Shown: piece by piece, positions 43,369 through 53,066 of the stretch
Layout: every line of letters starts with the position of its first letter
How positions within the stretch are numbered: the first letter of the stretch is position 1
Source: an uncultured Candidatus Saccharibacteria bacterium
Lineage (GTDB): Bacteria > Patescibacteriota > WWE3 > 9FT-COMBO-53-11
DNA: 56,542 bases
Assembly (NCBI GenBank): GCA_964413845.1
Contig: CAYPTJ010000003.1
Coordinates: 1 to 56,542 of the forward strand
Direction: 5' to 3'
Position numbers and translations under genes: made by a program
Notes under the pieces: generated by a model
The model's input: the letters and a program-made list of their open reading frames with translations, nothing else
The model's database searches: none
What the model was told of the DNA's origin: nothing

Positions 43369-44808
43369 ATGGTTTATAATAGGGTTGGGGTGACTCTAAA
43401 GGATCTTCTTGAGAAACACAAAAGTTACGAGCCAAGCTTGAACACAGAGTTGATCACCAAAGCTTACAACTTTGCGGAGGCTGCCCATGTGGGGCAGAAA
43501 CGGTTGTCCGGGGAGGGGATGCTGGAGCATGTTTCCGAAGTGGCAGGGATCTTAACTGAGGTTCAGGCAGACTCAACTACCATCGCCGCCGCTCTTCTTC
43601 ATGATGTTTTGGAGAAAACCAATCTTGAGCAGGAAGCTTTAGCTGAGGAGTTTGGGGGGGAGATTACATCACTGGTTGAGGGTTTGCGGGCGGTTAAGGA
43701 AGCAGGAAGTCACGTCACTGCAGAGGAAGAGCGAGACTGGGAGAATTTAAGGCACATGATGCTCGCCTCAATCAAAGACCCAAGAGTTTTGTTGATTCGG
43801 CTGGCGGAAAAGATCCACAACTTGCGAACTATCTCCGCTTTGCCACCTGAAAGACAAAAAACTTCTGCCCAAAAGGTCTTTGATATCTGGTCTCCTTTGG
43901 CGGCGATTTTGGGTCTTTATCGCTTTAAAGCGGAGTTGGAGGATCGGGCTTTTTCTATCCTTGAGCCGGAAAAATATAAGGAAATTGAGGAGAAGGTCCG
44001 TGCTCAGGCGGGGGAGATGGAGAGGGTGGTTGAGACTGTAAAGGAGAAGCTTACGGAAGCGCTGCAAAAAGAAGGGATCGTGGGAGAGATGAAAGGCCGC
44101 ACCAAACATCTTTACGGGGTTTACCGAAAGCTTCCCCGCTACCAAGAAAAAGCGGGGGGGATGTTTTACGATCTTTTAGGTTTTCGGGTGGTGGTTGCTA
44201 CAGTTGAGGAGTGCTATCGAGTTTTAGATATTATCCGCCGTCTTTGGCGAGAAGTTCCAGGTTTGTTTGACGATTATATCGCCCATCCTAAACCAAACGG
44301 TTACCAATCGCTTCAGGATGTCTTTGAGATTGATAGTCACTTGGTTGAAATTCAGATTAGAACTAAAACAATGGAAGAGTTTGCCGAATACGGGCTGGCA
44401 GCACATCAGCATTACGCCACCTTAGAAGGAGAGAAGAAAAGAGAAGGTTCCCTTCCCGCTTCTGAGGCAAAAGTTGCTCTTATCAAGAGTCTGGCCTTTT
44501 GGGAGAAAGGGCAGGAGCTCAATCTCTTTCCTAACGAGGTTTTTGTTTTCACCCCCAAAGGGGATGTGAAGGTTTTGCCTAAAGGAGCTACCCCTATTGA
44601 TTTCGCCTTTGCGGTCCACACCGATCTTGGTAAAAATTGTAGCGGTGCAAAGGTAAACGAGAAGATGATCTCTTTAAACTATCAACTTCAGAATGGGGAG
44701 GTGGTAGAGATTATTACAGGAAGAGGGAGAAAACCTTCCTCCGACTGGCTTGCCTTTGTCAAAACAGAGCTTGCGCGCTCTCAAATCCAAAAAAGTCTCA
44801 AATCATGA
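43369..44808 (+). CDS. rel: RelA/SpoT-homologue (p)ppGpp synthetase/hydrolase (HD + synthetase + TGS, no ACT)
   Basis: HD motif LLHDVLE, synthetase RTKHLYGVYRKL...YQSLQ, and TGS VFVFTPKGDVKVLPKGATPIDFAFAVH. Confidence 0.85.
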   Translation: MVYNRVGVTLKDLLEKHKSYEPSLNTELITKAYNFAEAAHVGQKRLSGEGMLEHVSEVAGILTEVQADSTTIAAALLHDVLEKTNLEQEALAEEFGGEITSLVEGLRAVKEAGSHVTAEEERDWENLRHMMLASIKDPRVLLIRLAEKIHNLRTISALPPERQKTSAQKVFDIWSPLAAILGLYRFKAELEDRAFSILEPEKYKEIEEKVRAQAGEMERVVETVKEKLTEALQKEGIVGEMKGRTKHLYGVYRKLPRYQEKAGGMFYDLLGFRVVVATVEECYRVLDIIRRLWREVPGLFDDYIAHPKPNGYQSLQDVFEIDSHLVEIQIRTKTMEEFAEYGLAAHQHYATLEGEKKREGSLPASEAKVALIKSLAFWEKGQELNLFPNEVFVFTPKGDVKVLPKGATPIDFAFAVHTDLGKNCSGAKVNEKMISLNYQLQNGEVVEIITGRGRKPSSDWLAFVKTELARSQIQKSLKS

Positions 44809-44845
44809 CAGATAACTCAAGGAGCTGGTATCATTTAACCGTTTG

Positions 44846-46231
44846 ATGGAAAGAACGTTTACCTTGGAAACCCCTAAGAAGATCGGCAAGAAGGTAGTTC
44901 TTTTTGGATGGGTTCATCGTCGCCGTGACCATGGGAAACTCGTTTTTATTGATCTTCGTGATCGCTCAGGAATTGTTCAGGTGGTTGGTGGTTGGGAGAT
45001 GGGTGAATTAGGGTTGGAAGATGTGGTTCGAGTGGTTGGGACGGTAGTAAAACGCACATCAAAAACGGTTAACCCAAAAATCGCCACTGGTAAAGTTGAA
45101 ATTAAGGTAGAGGAGATGGAAGTTTTAGCGAAGGCAAAGGAGCTTCCTTTTCCAATCGCCACCGAAGGATACGAAATTGAGGAGGGGTTGCGGCTCAAGT
45201 ATCGCTACCTTGATCTTCGCCGACCACGGATGGTCAAAAATTTGGAACTTCGCCAGCGGGTAATTAAGTTTATTCGAGATTGGTTGGATAAGCGAGGTTT
45301 TATTGAGATAGAAACGCCAATTTTGACTAAAGCTACACCCGAAGGTGCCCGGGATTTTACTGTCCCTTCCCGTCTTCAGCCAGGAAAATTTTATGCCCTG
45401 CCTCAATCACCCCAACAGTACAAGCAGCTTTTAATGGTTGCCGGTTTTGAGAAATATTACCAAATTGCCCGCTGTTTCCGGGATGAAGATCCAAGAGCTG
45501 ATCGGGCCTATGGAGAATTTACTCAGCTTGACTTAGAGATGTCTTTTACCAGTCAAGAAGAAATTTTATCTTTAATAGAAAGTTTATTTAAGGATTTAAC
45601 TGAAAAAGTTCTTGGCAAAAAAGTTTATCGATTTCCTTTTCCGAGAATTTCTTACAAAGAGGCGATGGAAAGATATGGGACGGACAAACCAGATATAAGA
45701 AAAGATAAAAAAGACAAAGACATCTTAGCTTTTTGTTTTATTGTTGACTTTCCGCTTTTTGAATGGAAAGAGACTGAAAAAAGATGGGATTCGATGCACC
45801 ATCCTTTTACTGCTCCAAAAGAGAAAGATATTTCTCTTTTAGACAGGGATCCAGGCAAAGCCCATTCTTACCAGCATGACCTAATTCTTAATGGTTTTGA
45901 GATTGGCGGTGGTAGCATCCGAATAACCGATCCAAAACTTCAGGAAAAAATTTTTGAGATCCTAGGTCATACGAAGGAGCAAATTCAGAAAAAATTTGGC
46001 CACTTACTTAAGGCTTTTGAATATGGAGTCCCACCCCATGGTGGTATTGCCCCGGGAATTGACCGGTTTTTAATGGTAGTTCAAAATGAACCTTCTCTGC
46101 GAGAAGTGATTGCCTTTCCAATGACCTCCTCGGGGCAAACGTCGGTGATGGATGCTCCATCGGAAGTTCCAGAAGAACAACTTAAGGAGCTTGGAATTCG
46201 GGTGGTCAGAAAGCGCAAAGGCAAAAGGTGA
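44846..46231 (+). CDS. aspS: aspartyl-tRNA synthetase (short form lacking the bacterial insertion domain)
   Basis: OB fold with FIDLRDRSG, QSPQQYKQLLM, FRDEDPRADR and GGGSIR motifs. 461 aa. Confidence 0.9.
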   Translation: MERTFTLETPKKIGKKVVLFGWVHRRRDHGKLVFIDLRDRSGIVQVVGGWEMGELGLEDVVRVVGTVVKRTSKTVNPKIATGKVEIKVEEMEVLAKAKELPFPIATEGYEIEEGLRLKYRYLDLRRPRMVKNLELRQRVIKFIRDWLDKRGFIEIETPILTKATPEGARDFTVPSRLQPGKFYALPQSPQQYKQLLMVAGFEKYYQIARCFRDEDPRADRAYGEFTQLDLEMSFTSQEEILSLIESLFKDLTEKVLGKKVYRFPFPRISYKEAMERYGTDKPDIRKDKKDKDILAFCFIVDFPLFEWKETEKRWDSMHHPFTAPKEKDISLLDRDPGKAHSYQHDLILNGFEIGGGSIRITDPKLQEKIFEILGHTKEQIQKKFGHLLKAFEYGVPPHGGIAPGIDRFLMVVQNEPSLREVIAFPMTSSGQTSVMDAPSEVPEEQLKELGIRVVRKRKGKR

Positions 46232-47229
46232 ATTTTGACCCCTCTTATCTTCTCCCCAAAACCAAGAGACTAGTTGAGACCTCTATCCAAATTATTGTTC
46301 TAAAGGCAAAGGTGCTTATCCAACAAAGTTTTGGCTTTGGGAAAGAACTTACCTGGAGAGATGTTCTGCGGTTTTTAGTAGTAGTGGCTATGGCTGGTTT
46401 TCTTCTCTCTTTTGGTTCCAGCCAACTTACTCCTGCAGACCAAAAAGTTTCCCTTCTGCATCCTATCCTTCTTGCGGACGCGTCTTTACCACCTAAAATT
46501 ACCGCTAGATCAGCTTACCTTCTTGATTTGCAGAGTGGTTTTGTCCTCTACGATAAAAACTCCTTGCGGAAGCTTCCTCCTGCCTCAACGGTCAAGGTTG
46601 CTACCGCTCTTGTTGCGCTTGATAACTATAAACTAGATGAAGTAGTAGTTGTTCCTTCAACCTGTGTTTTAAGAACGGGGGAGAGCATCATGGGACTACA
46701 ACCACGGGAGAAGATAACCGTCCGTGATCTTTTGCGAGGTTTACTGATCGCCTCTGCTTCGGATGCCGCCTGTACCTTGGCCTACCATCATCCTGAGGGG
46801 GTGCTAACATTTGTTGCGGCGATGAATCATTTGGCAGCTGCTTTGAAGCTTGAGCAAACTTATTTTGTCAATCCTACCGGGTTAGATAGCTCTCTCCAAT
46901 ATTCCAGTGCTCAAGATTTAACCGTTTTAACCAAAAAGGCTCTCAAGGATCCGTTTCTTTGTGAGGTAGTCAAAACAAAGGAGATTACCGTCTCCTCAAA
47001 TGATGGGAAGTTCCAACATTATCTTAAGACGACGAATGAGCTTTTGGGAAAGATACCAGGGATTTTGGGAGTAAAAACCGGTTACACTGGCAAAGCAAAA
47101 GAAGTCTTCGTCTTCTATTTCAAGGGTGGGGAAAGGGAATTTTTGGGGGCGGTAATGGGAAGCAGTGACCGCTTTTCGGATACCAAGGATCTTCTTGCTT
47201 GGATTCTTTCTTCTTTCCGCTTTCCCTAA
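46228..47229 (+). CDS. serine-type D-Ala-D-Ala carboxypeptidase (S11, PBP5-like)
   Basis: ASTVK (SxxK) and KTGYT (KTG) motifs with an N-terminal anchor. Start uncertain. Confidence 0.75.
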   Translation: MNFDPSYLLPKTKRLVETSIQIIVLKAKVLIQQSFGFGKELTWRDVLRFLVVVAMAGFLLSFGSSQLTPADQKVSLLHPILLADASLPPKITARSAYLLDLQSGFVLYDKNSLRKLPPASTVKVATALVALDNYKLDEVVVVPSTCVLRTGESIMGLQPREKITVRDLLRGLLIASASDAACTLAYHHPEGVLTFVAAMNHLAAALKLEQTYFVNPTGLDSSLQYSSAQDLTVLTKKALKDPFLCEVVKTKEITVSSNDGKFQHYLKTTNELLGKIPGILGVKTGYTGKAKEVFVFYFKGGEREFLGAVMGSSDRFSDTKDLLAWILSSFRFP

Positions 47230-47231
47230 GC

Positions 47232-48353
47232 TTAAGGTTGGATCCAACTCGTTGAGATAGCAGAGGTATAAGTGACAAAAGTGGTATCCTTTCCATCATC
47301 GGTTTTGGCACTGCCTGTAAAAACATAGATCGGTTGAAGGTATTTTTGCCATAAGGGGTCGTCAAAGTAAGCTAACTCCACTTTTCGGATGGAGACTGTT
47401 TTAAGAGTCAGTGGGGTATAGGGATCCAAAGGCGAAGTTCCTTGAAGTAAAACTTCAGCGACTCCCCTTCCTTTTTTGACCTCTTCCCACGCCTCAGCAA
47501 CAGGTCTTAAGGGATAAGTTTCTACTTTCTCTTTATTTATTTCCCACATTGTATAAGAGAGATAAAGAATGTTGTTGATCTCTGGTTTAAGGCCGGAAGT
47601 TATCCAGACTTGGATTAGGCCTATCTGGGGTTTTGGGGGGAGAATCGAGAAGCTGTTAGCAGAAACGCCTGTTAGGTTGCGGAAGAAATCTACTCGGGTG
47701 AACTGTCCTTCCGAAACAGAGATTGCATCTTTCACTCCTCCCCCCTCTACCTTGTGAGCTTGGGTGGCTTGTCTTCCCTCTCCAAACCCTCCTTTAAGAA
47801 GTCCATTCCGGTTGAGAAACTCTTGGGCTTCTTTGATCACCTCGCCTCCGGTTAGTGCACTTCCTTTGGGGATGGTTGTCTGAATATGGGTAATGTCGGT
47901 AGTAAGGGTGAAATTCTGGCTAGTGAGGTTGACTGTTAGGGTCCGTTTGTCTACCACATCTTTAAAGATGACTGCTTTTTTATCCGCACTTAATTCACCC
48001 TCTCCTCCAAAATCAAACTTCTTAGCGAGTTCCTTAGCGCGCTGCTCTCCCAAAGGTGTGATTTTGATCTCTTGCATCGCCACCACCTCGGCACGGTCAG
48101 GAAAGGTTGGAAGCTCTCCGGTTGCTGTTTCCAAAAAGTAGCTTGGAGTCCCCTTTATCGGAAGGGCAGGGAGGTGAAGCGCAGGGAGTTTCCCAAATCC
48201 GGCTGTAGGGGGTGAAACCGGTGGAGGGTTAATCTGGCGGTAAAGATCACGGAGAAAGTTGAAGAGTACCACAAGAAGAAGCAAAGCGAGCAGTCCAAGA
48301 ATTCCCCAAACGATTATCTTTCTTACGGAAGCGGCAGTTTCGTAGAGACTCAT
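47232..48353 (-). CDS. hypothetical membrane-anchored extracytoplasmic protein
   Basis: 373 aa with a single N-terminal TM helix. No motif recognised. Confidence 0.6.
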   Translation of the reverse strand: MSLYETAASVRKIIVWGILGLLALLLLVVLFNFLRDLYRQINPPPVSPPTAGFGKLPALHLPALPIKGTPSYFLETATGELPTFPDRAEVVAMQEIKITPLGEQRAKELAKKFDFGGEGELSADKKAVIFKDVVDKRTLTVNLTSQNFTLTTDITHIQTTIPKGSALTGGEVIKEAQEFLNRNGLLKGGFGEGRQATQAHKVEGGGVKDAISVSEGQFTRVDFFRNLTGVSANSFSILPPKPQIGLIQVWITSGLKPEINNILYLSYTMWEINKEKVETYPLRPVAEAWEEVKKGRGVAEVLLQGTSPLDPYTPLTLKTVSIRKVELAYFDDPLWQKYLQPIYVFTGSAKTDDGKDTTFVTYTSAISTSWIQP

Positions 48354-48402
48354 GATTTTAAGTTTAGCAGATCAGGGATCGGGGATGGTATCATTGGGGC
48401 TG

Positions 48403-48451
48403 ATGGTTCGACAGGCTCACCACAAGTTGGTTCGACAGAGCTCACCACAGG
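48403..48451. repeat. two tandem copies of the GGTTCGACAGRGCTCACCACA element
   Basis: 48403-48426 is identical to 42081-42104, and 48427-48451 is a diverged second copy. Confidence 0.95.
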
Positions 48452-49860
48452 TGGTTAAAACACGTTTTGCCCCCTCACCAACGGGGGTGCTCCATGTTGG
48501 ATCGGCGTACACCGCCCTTTTCAACTTCGCTTTCGCCAAGCAGAATAAGGGTAAGTTTCTTCTCAGGATTGAGGACACTGATCGAACCCGTTTGGTGAAA
48601 GGGGCGGAAGAGCAGATCATCGCTGCTCTTGCCTGGCTCGGGCTTACCTGGGATGAAGGGCCAATTCGCCAGTCCGAAAGGCTTCCATTTTACCAGAGGT
48701 ACGCTAAGGAGTTAGTGGAAAAGGGAAAGGCTTACTACTGTTTTTGCTCGGAGGAGCGGTTGGCTAAGATGAGAAAAAGCCAACAGGAGAAGGACCTCCC
48801 ACCGAAGTACGACGGGCGGTGTCGGCGGTTGGATCCTAAAAAAGCAGGAGAGAGGGCGAAAAGGGAGAAATATGTTATCCGGCTTAAAGTTCCCGAAAGT
48901 GGCGAAACTTCTTTTACCGATTTGATTCGGGGGAGGATTACTTTCAAAAACGCAGAGATTGATGATCAAGTTCTTCTTAAATCTGACGGTTTTCCCACTT
49001 ACCATCTGGCGGTTGTCGTTGATGACCACTTGATGAAAGTTACCCATGTGATAAGGGCAGAGGAGTGGATCTCCTCCACCCCTAAGCACATTCTGCTCTA
49101 CCGCGCATTGGGCTGGAAGATTCCTACCTTTGCTCATCTTCCTCTTCTTCGGGAGCGTGATCGGGCCAAACTTTCCAAACGCCACGGCGCAGTGGGGGTG
49201 GTGGAGTTTCAGGAAGAAGGGTATCTTCCGGAGGCGCTGCTTAACTTTCTTGCTCTTCTTGGCTGGTCCCATCCTAAAGGGAAAGATATCTTCCCTTTGA
49301 GTGAATTTATCAAGAAGCTTGATCTGGCCCGGATCTCTACCTCAGCCCCAGTATTTGATCGGGGGAAGCTAGATTGGATGAACGGGGAATACATGAGAAA
49401 ATTAAAAATTAAAAATTTAAAATTAAGAATTTGTGAATATCTGAAGAACTACAGAGGCTTGGATGTCAACCCCGACCTCATCGAGCAGATTGTGCCCCTG
49501 ATCCGGGAGCGGATCAAGAAGCTATCCGAGTTCGAAGAGATGGCTGGATTTTTCTTTAAGGATGTTGCTTGGTCACCGGAGCTTCTTGTGCAGCAAGGTG
49601 AAACAACAGTGTCTGCTAAGGAGAAGTTAGAAGAGAGTTCAAAGCTTCTAAAGGGAATGGAAGATTGGAAAGCAGAAAAGTTAGAGAGGGAAATGAGGAA
49701 GTTAGCAAAGAATCGTGGTTGGAAAGCACCCGTTTTATTTATGACGCTGCGGGTCGCAATCTCGGGAAAGAAGGTCTCTCCTCCTTTGTTTGAGAGTATG
49801 GAGGTTCTTGGGAGAGAGAAGGTTCTTCCGCGGATAGAAAAAGCTGCTTCAGTTCTTTGA
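48451..49860 (+). CDS. gltX: glutamyl-tRNA synthetase
   Basis: VVKTRFAPSPTGVLHVGSAYTALFN (HIGH region) and LSKRHG (KMSKS). A conservative GTG start is used; in-frame upstream ATGs at 48385 and 48403 lie in repeat DNA. Confidence 0.9.
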   Translation: MVKTRFAPSPTGVLHVGSAYTALFNFAFAKQNKGKFLLRIEDTDRTRLVKGAEEQIIAALAWLGLTWDEGPIRQSERLPFYQRYAKELVEKGKAYYCFCSEERLAKMRKSQQEKDLPPKYDGRCRRLDPKKAGERAKREKYVIRLKVPESGETSFTDLIRGRITFKNAEIDDQVLLKSDGFPTYHLAVVVDDHLMKVTHVIRAEEWISSTPKHILLYRALGWKIPTFAHLPLLRERDRAKLSKRHGAVGVVEFQEEGYLPEALLNFLALLGWSHPKGKDIFPLSEFIKKLDLARISTSAPVFDRGKLDWMNGEYMRKLKIKNLKLRICEYLKNYRGLDVNPDLIEQIVPLIRERIKKLSEFEEMAGFFFKDVAWSPELLVQQGETTVSAKEKLEESSKLLKGMEDWKAEKLEREMRKLAKNRGWKAPVLFMTLRVAISGKKVSPPLFESMEVLGREKVLPRIEKAASVL

Positions 49861-49974
49861 TTCCTCACTTGACAAACGACTATCGGCCATTCATACTGGA
49901 AAGTGAGTGGAAGAAAATTCCGCCAAATTCCCCTGCCTAAAGCGCCTTTTTAAGATAATCTGCCCCTAAAACGA

Positions 49975-50048
49975 GCCGGCGTAGCTTAGCTAGGTGAGAG
50001 CATCCGTCTCCAAAACGGAAAGCGTGGGTTCGAATCCCGCCGCCGGTG
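49975..50048 (+). tRNA. tRNA-Trp (CCA)
   Basis: Hand-folded. Acceptor GCCGGCG/CGCCGGT. D stem GCTT/GAGC. Anticodon stem TCCGT/ACGGA with loop CUCCAAA. T arm GTGGG-TTCGAAT-CCCGC. Discriminator G. CCA is not encoded. Confidence 0.9.
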
Positions 50049-50101
50049 CTCTTGAGTAAATTAGGCACCCTAAAAATCTGATAGAGTAGGAGGTAAGAGA
50101 G

Positions 50102-51127
50102 ATGGCTACCAAAAGAGTTCTTACTGGTATCCGCCCAACTGGCCCACTGCATCTGGGACATTATGTTGGAGCGCTCAGTCAGTGGATACCTCTTCAGGAC
50201 GACTATGAGTGCTTCTTCCTAATCGCTGACGTGCAAGCCTTAACAACCCACATTAATCAGCCAGCGGTAATTGAAGAGGCGGTTCGAGAGGTGATGCTCG
50301 ACTGGATCGCTGTTGGTTTGGATCCCATCCGGCCCAACGTCCACTTTGTTCTTCAAAGTGGAGTTCCAGAACTCACCGAACTTACTACTTACTTTTCGAT
50401 GTTGGTTCCTTTTTCCGAGATAGAAAGAAACCCTACCATCAAAGAAGAAAGGAAACGTCTTGGTTCTGAACCGACAGTAGGGTTCATGGGTTACCCAGTC
50501 AGCCAAGCAGCGGATATCCTCCTTTTTACCCCCTACCCACCGGGAAAGGAAGATGAGCTGCTTGTGCCGGTAGGGGAGGATCAAGTACCCCATCTTGAGG
50601 GGACTAACCGAATTGCCAGGCGGTTTAATCGCCGTTACGGCAAAGTCTTTCTTGGGTGTACTCCTAAAGTGGGGAAGGTAGGTCGTCTACCAGGGACTGA
50701 TGGCCAAGCAAAGATGAGTAAGTCCTTGAGAAATGTAATCCAACTTAAGGATGTCCCAGAAACGGTACAGCGGCAAGTGATGAGGATGTTCACCGATCCC
50801 AAAAAGGCTCGGCAAGGTGACCCTGGCCATCCAGAAGGATGTCCAGTATACCTCTACCACCAAGCCTTTGGTAACTTGGCAACACTTGATGAGCGTGCAA
50901 AGCGCTGTCGGTTGGGTGAGTTAGGTTGCGTTGAGTGCAAACAGAATCTTGTTGAAGTGCTCAATGCTTTCCTCGATCCCATCAGAAAAAGGCGTGCTGA
51001 AGCAGAGGAGATGCCTTTGGGGAAATATCTCCGTGAAGGCACAGAGTACGCTCGTGAAGTTGGACAAGTCACAATGGCCGCCGTGCGTAAGGCGATGCAC
51101 CTTAACTATCCTTCGATTTTCTCCTAA
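50102..51127 (+). CDS. trpS: tryptophanyl-tRNA synthetase
   Basis: GIRPTGPLHLGHYVG (HIGH) and KMSKS motifs. 341 aa. Confidence 0.9.
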   Translation: MATKRVLTGIRPTGPLHLGHYVGALSQWIPLQDDYECFFLIADVQALTTHINQPAVIEEAVREVMLDWIAVGLDPIRPNVHFVLQSGVPELTELTTYFSMLVPFSEIERNPTIKEERKRLGSEPTVGFMGYPVSQAADILLFTPYPPGKEDELLVPVGEDQVPHLEGTNRIARRFNRRYGKVFLGCTPKVGKVGRLPGTDGQAKMSKSLRNVIQLKDVPETVQRQVMRMFTDPKKARQGDPGHPEGCPVYLYHQAFGNLATLDERAKRCRLGELGCVECKQNLVEVLNAFLDPIRKRRAEAEEMPLGKYLREGTEYAREVGQVTMAAVRKAMHLNYPSIFS

Positions 51128-51144
51128 GAAGAAGGGGGGAGACA

Positions 51145-51855
51145 ATGGGATGCACAATTGTTAACACGGTAGTTGTTCTCGTCGCTGGGGTAATTGGTCT
51201 TTGTCTAAGAGGCCGATTATCCGAGAAGTACGGAGACGCAGTTAAGGAGGCTCTTGGTCTCGCAGCGATACCAATTGGAGTTTCCCTTTATCTAGGAACG
51301 AAAAACCCGTTAATTGTGCTTATCGCAACCACCTTAGGGTTTCTTTGGGGGTGCCTTTGGTGCCTTCAAGGCCGCCTCGATAAGGTGGGTGGCTGGCTCG
51401 AAAAACATACCCGTTTTTTGGAGAGGTTGGTACCCCATCGGAAAGGGGATAGTTTCACCAATGCTTTTGTAACGGCAAGCGTTGTTTCCCTCATTGGCCC
51501 ATTAGCAATAATGGGACCTATTCAGGCAGGGGTGACCGGGGACTGCAACCTCATATACACAAAATGCATCTTTGATTTCTTCGCGACGGTAGTATTTGCC
51601 GCCGGAATGGGAGTGGGAGTGTTGTTTTCTGCATTCTCTGTTCTCCTTTTCCAGGGTGCAATCACGTTTGCATCTTCCTGGGTCGGGCAGATATTAACCG
51701 AGGCGATGATCGTAGAAATGACCGCCGTTGGTGGGGTTTTGATTATGGCGATGGGTATACATGTATCCGGAATCAAGAAGATCGACGTGGGAAACTTCTT
51801 GTTAGCGATTCCCCTTGCCCCAATCATCACCTACCTTTGGGGAGTAGTGTTTTGA
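51145..51855 (+). CDS. DUF554-family membrane protein (YqgA/YdfK-like)
   Basis: Polytopic 236-aa protein whose N-terminal IVNTVVVLVAGVIG pattern is typical of DUF554. Confidence 0.55.
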   Translation: MGCTIVNTVVVLVAGVIGLCLRGRLSEKYGDAVKEALGLAAIPIGVSLYLGTKNPLIVLIATTLGFLWGCLWCLQGRLDKVGGWLEKHTRFLERLVPHRKGDSFTNAFVTASVVSLIGPLAIMGPIQAGVTGDCNLIYTKCIFDFFATVVFAAGMGVGVLFSAFSVLLFQGAITFASSWVGQILTEAMIVEMTAVGGVLIMAMGIHVSGIKKIDVGNFLLAIPLAPIITYLWGVVF

Positions 51856-51884
51856 GTACTGTTGGAGAGCGCACCGATTGAGTT

Positions 51885-52979
51885 TCAGTCAGTGCGCTCT
51901 TTTTGTATTGCAAATATTCTAAGAAGCAGTTTAACGATATTTTCCAAATCCTTTAGAGCAATACTTTCCCTGGTAGTGTGCGTTTCGCGAGCGCCATAGG
52001 TCAGATTTAGAGTCTTAATTCCACGGTTGTTCAAAATATTAGCATCACTCCCGCTGCAAGTTGGTGAGAACTTTGGTGTAAAACCAAGGGTTTTTATCTC
52101 ATGCTTAACTTTTTTAACAAATTCATCCTCTTTTTTAACCCTAAATCCCTGAGCGGGGTTTAGGATTTTAAAACTTGTTTTTCCTCCATCATCTTCAGAA
52201 GTTTTTCTGAATTCTTCTACTACTTTTTTCATTTCACTCCGCGCTCTTTGATTATTCAAACTTCTAACTTCAGCTTGAATAAAAACTTTACCTGGAACTA
52301 CATTTCTTGATTCTCCTCCCGTAATCTTTCCAATATTCACGATTGTATTTTTGTTAATCCTTCCTTGCTTAAGTTTGGAGATTGCAGAGGCAGCAATTGT
52401 GATTGCGTTAACCCCTTTTTGAGGATCAAGACCAGCATGTACGGATTTTCCTTTAATCTCAATATCGATTGTGTAATAAAAAGGAGCGGCCGATGTTATC
52501 GTCCCAAAGGGACCTGGACGGTCGAAAACGATTCCTCTTTTCGCTCTAAGTTTGGAAAAATCAAGAGCCGAAGCACCTTTGGAACCAAATTCTTCTTGAA
52601 CCGTAAAGATAATTTCCAACGGACAGGTTTTAAGATTGTCTTCCTTCAAAATCTTTAGAAATTCTAGAATAGCGGCAACAACCGCCTTATTATCGGCTCC
52701 GAGGATTGTTTTTCCACCGCTTTTAAATACACCATTCTTGAGAACCGGTTTAACCCCAAAGCAAGGTTCAACTGTATCAAGATGGGTGCAAACTAAAATA
52801 GGCTTCCCCTCACCAGTTGTTCTGGCGATAATATTTTCGACCTTGTCCTGTCCGAAATTGATGGCAAGGGTGCGTAGCTCTTTTTTGACAAATTCTAAAG
52901 CCGTCCCTTCTTTTCCTGAGGGACTTCCGATTTTTGTAAGGTTCAAAAAATTTCTTTTAAGTCTCTTTCTGTCAACCAT
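51885..52979 (-). CDS. M20-family metallopeptidase/amidohydrolase
   Basis: PSGKEGTALEFV...CTHLDTV...GADNKA pattern and a size of 364 aa. Confidence 0.7.
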   Translation of the reverse strand: MVDRKRLKRNFLNLTKIGSPSGKEGTALEFVKKELRTLAINFGQDKVENIIARTTGEGKPILVCTHLDTVEPCFGVKPVLKNGVFKSGGKTILGADNKAVVAAILEFLKILKEDNLKTCPLEIIFTVQEEFGSKGASALDFSKLRAKRGIVFDRPGPFGTITSAAPFYYTIDIEIKGKSVHAGLDPQKGVNAITIAASAISKLKQGRINKNTIVNIGKITGGESRNVVPGKVFIQAEVRSLNNQRARSEMKKVVEEFRKTSEDDGGKTSFKILNPAQGFRVKKEDEFVKKVKHEIKTLGFTPKFSPTCSGSDANILNNRGIKTLNLTYGARETHTTRESIALKDLENIVKLLLRIFAIQKERTD

Positions 52980-53030
52980 AATTCACCATCGTTTTTGAAA
53001 GCTAAACTAGTTCCACTTTTAATTTTAAAG

Positions 53031-53066
53031 AAAACCCCTTGGCCTATCATAGAACCAAGGGGTTTT
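53031..53066. terminator. strong bidirectional terminator spanning the stop of the GNAT-like gene
   Basis: AAAACCCCTTGG - 12 nt - CCAAGGGGTTTT, a perfect 12-bp stem. Confidence 0.8.

Noticed and set aside
48712-49868. Minus-strand ORFs 48712-49272 and 49449-49868
   Set aside because: They are antisense shadows of gltX.
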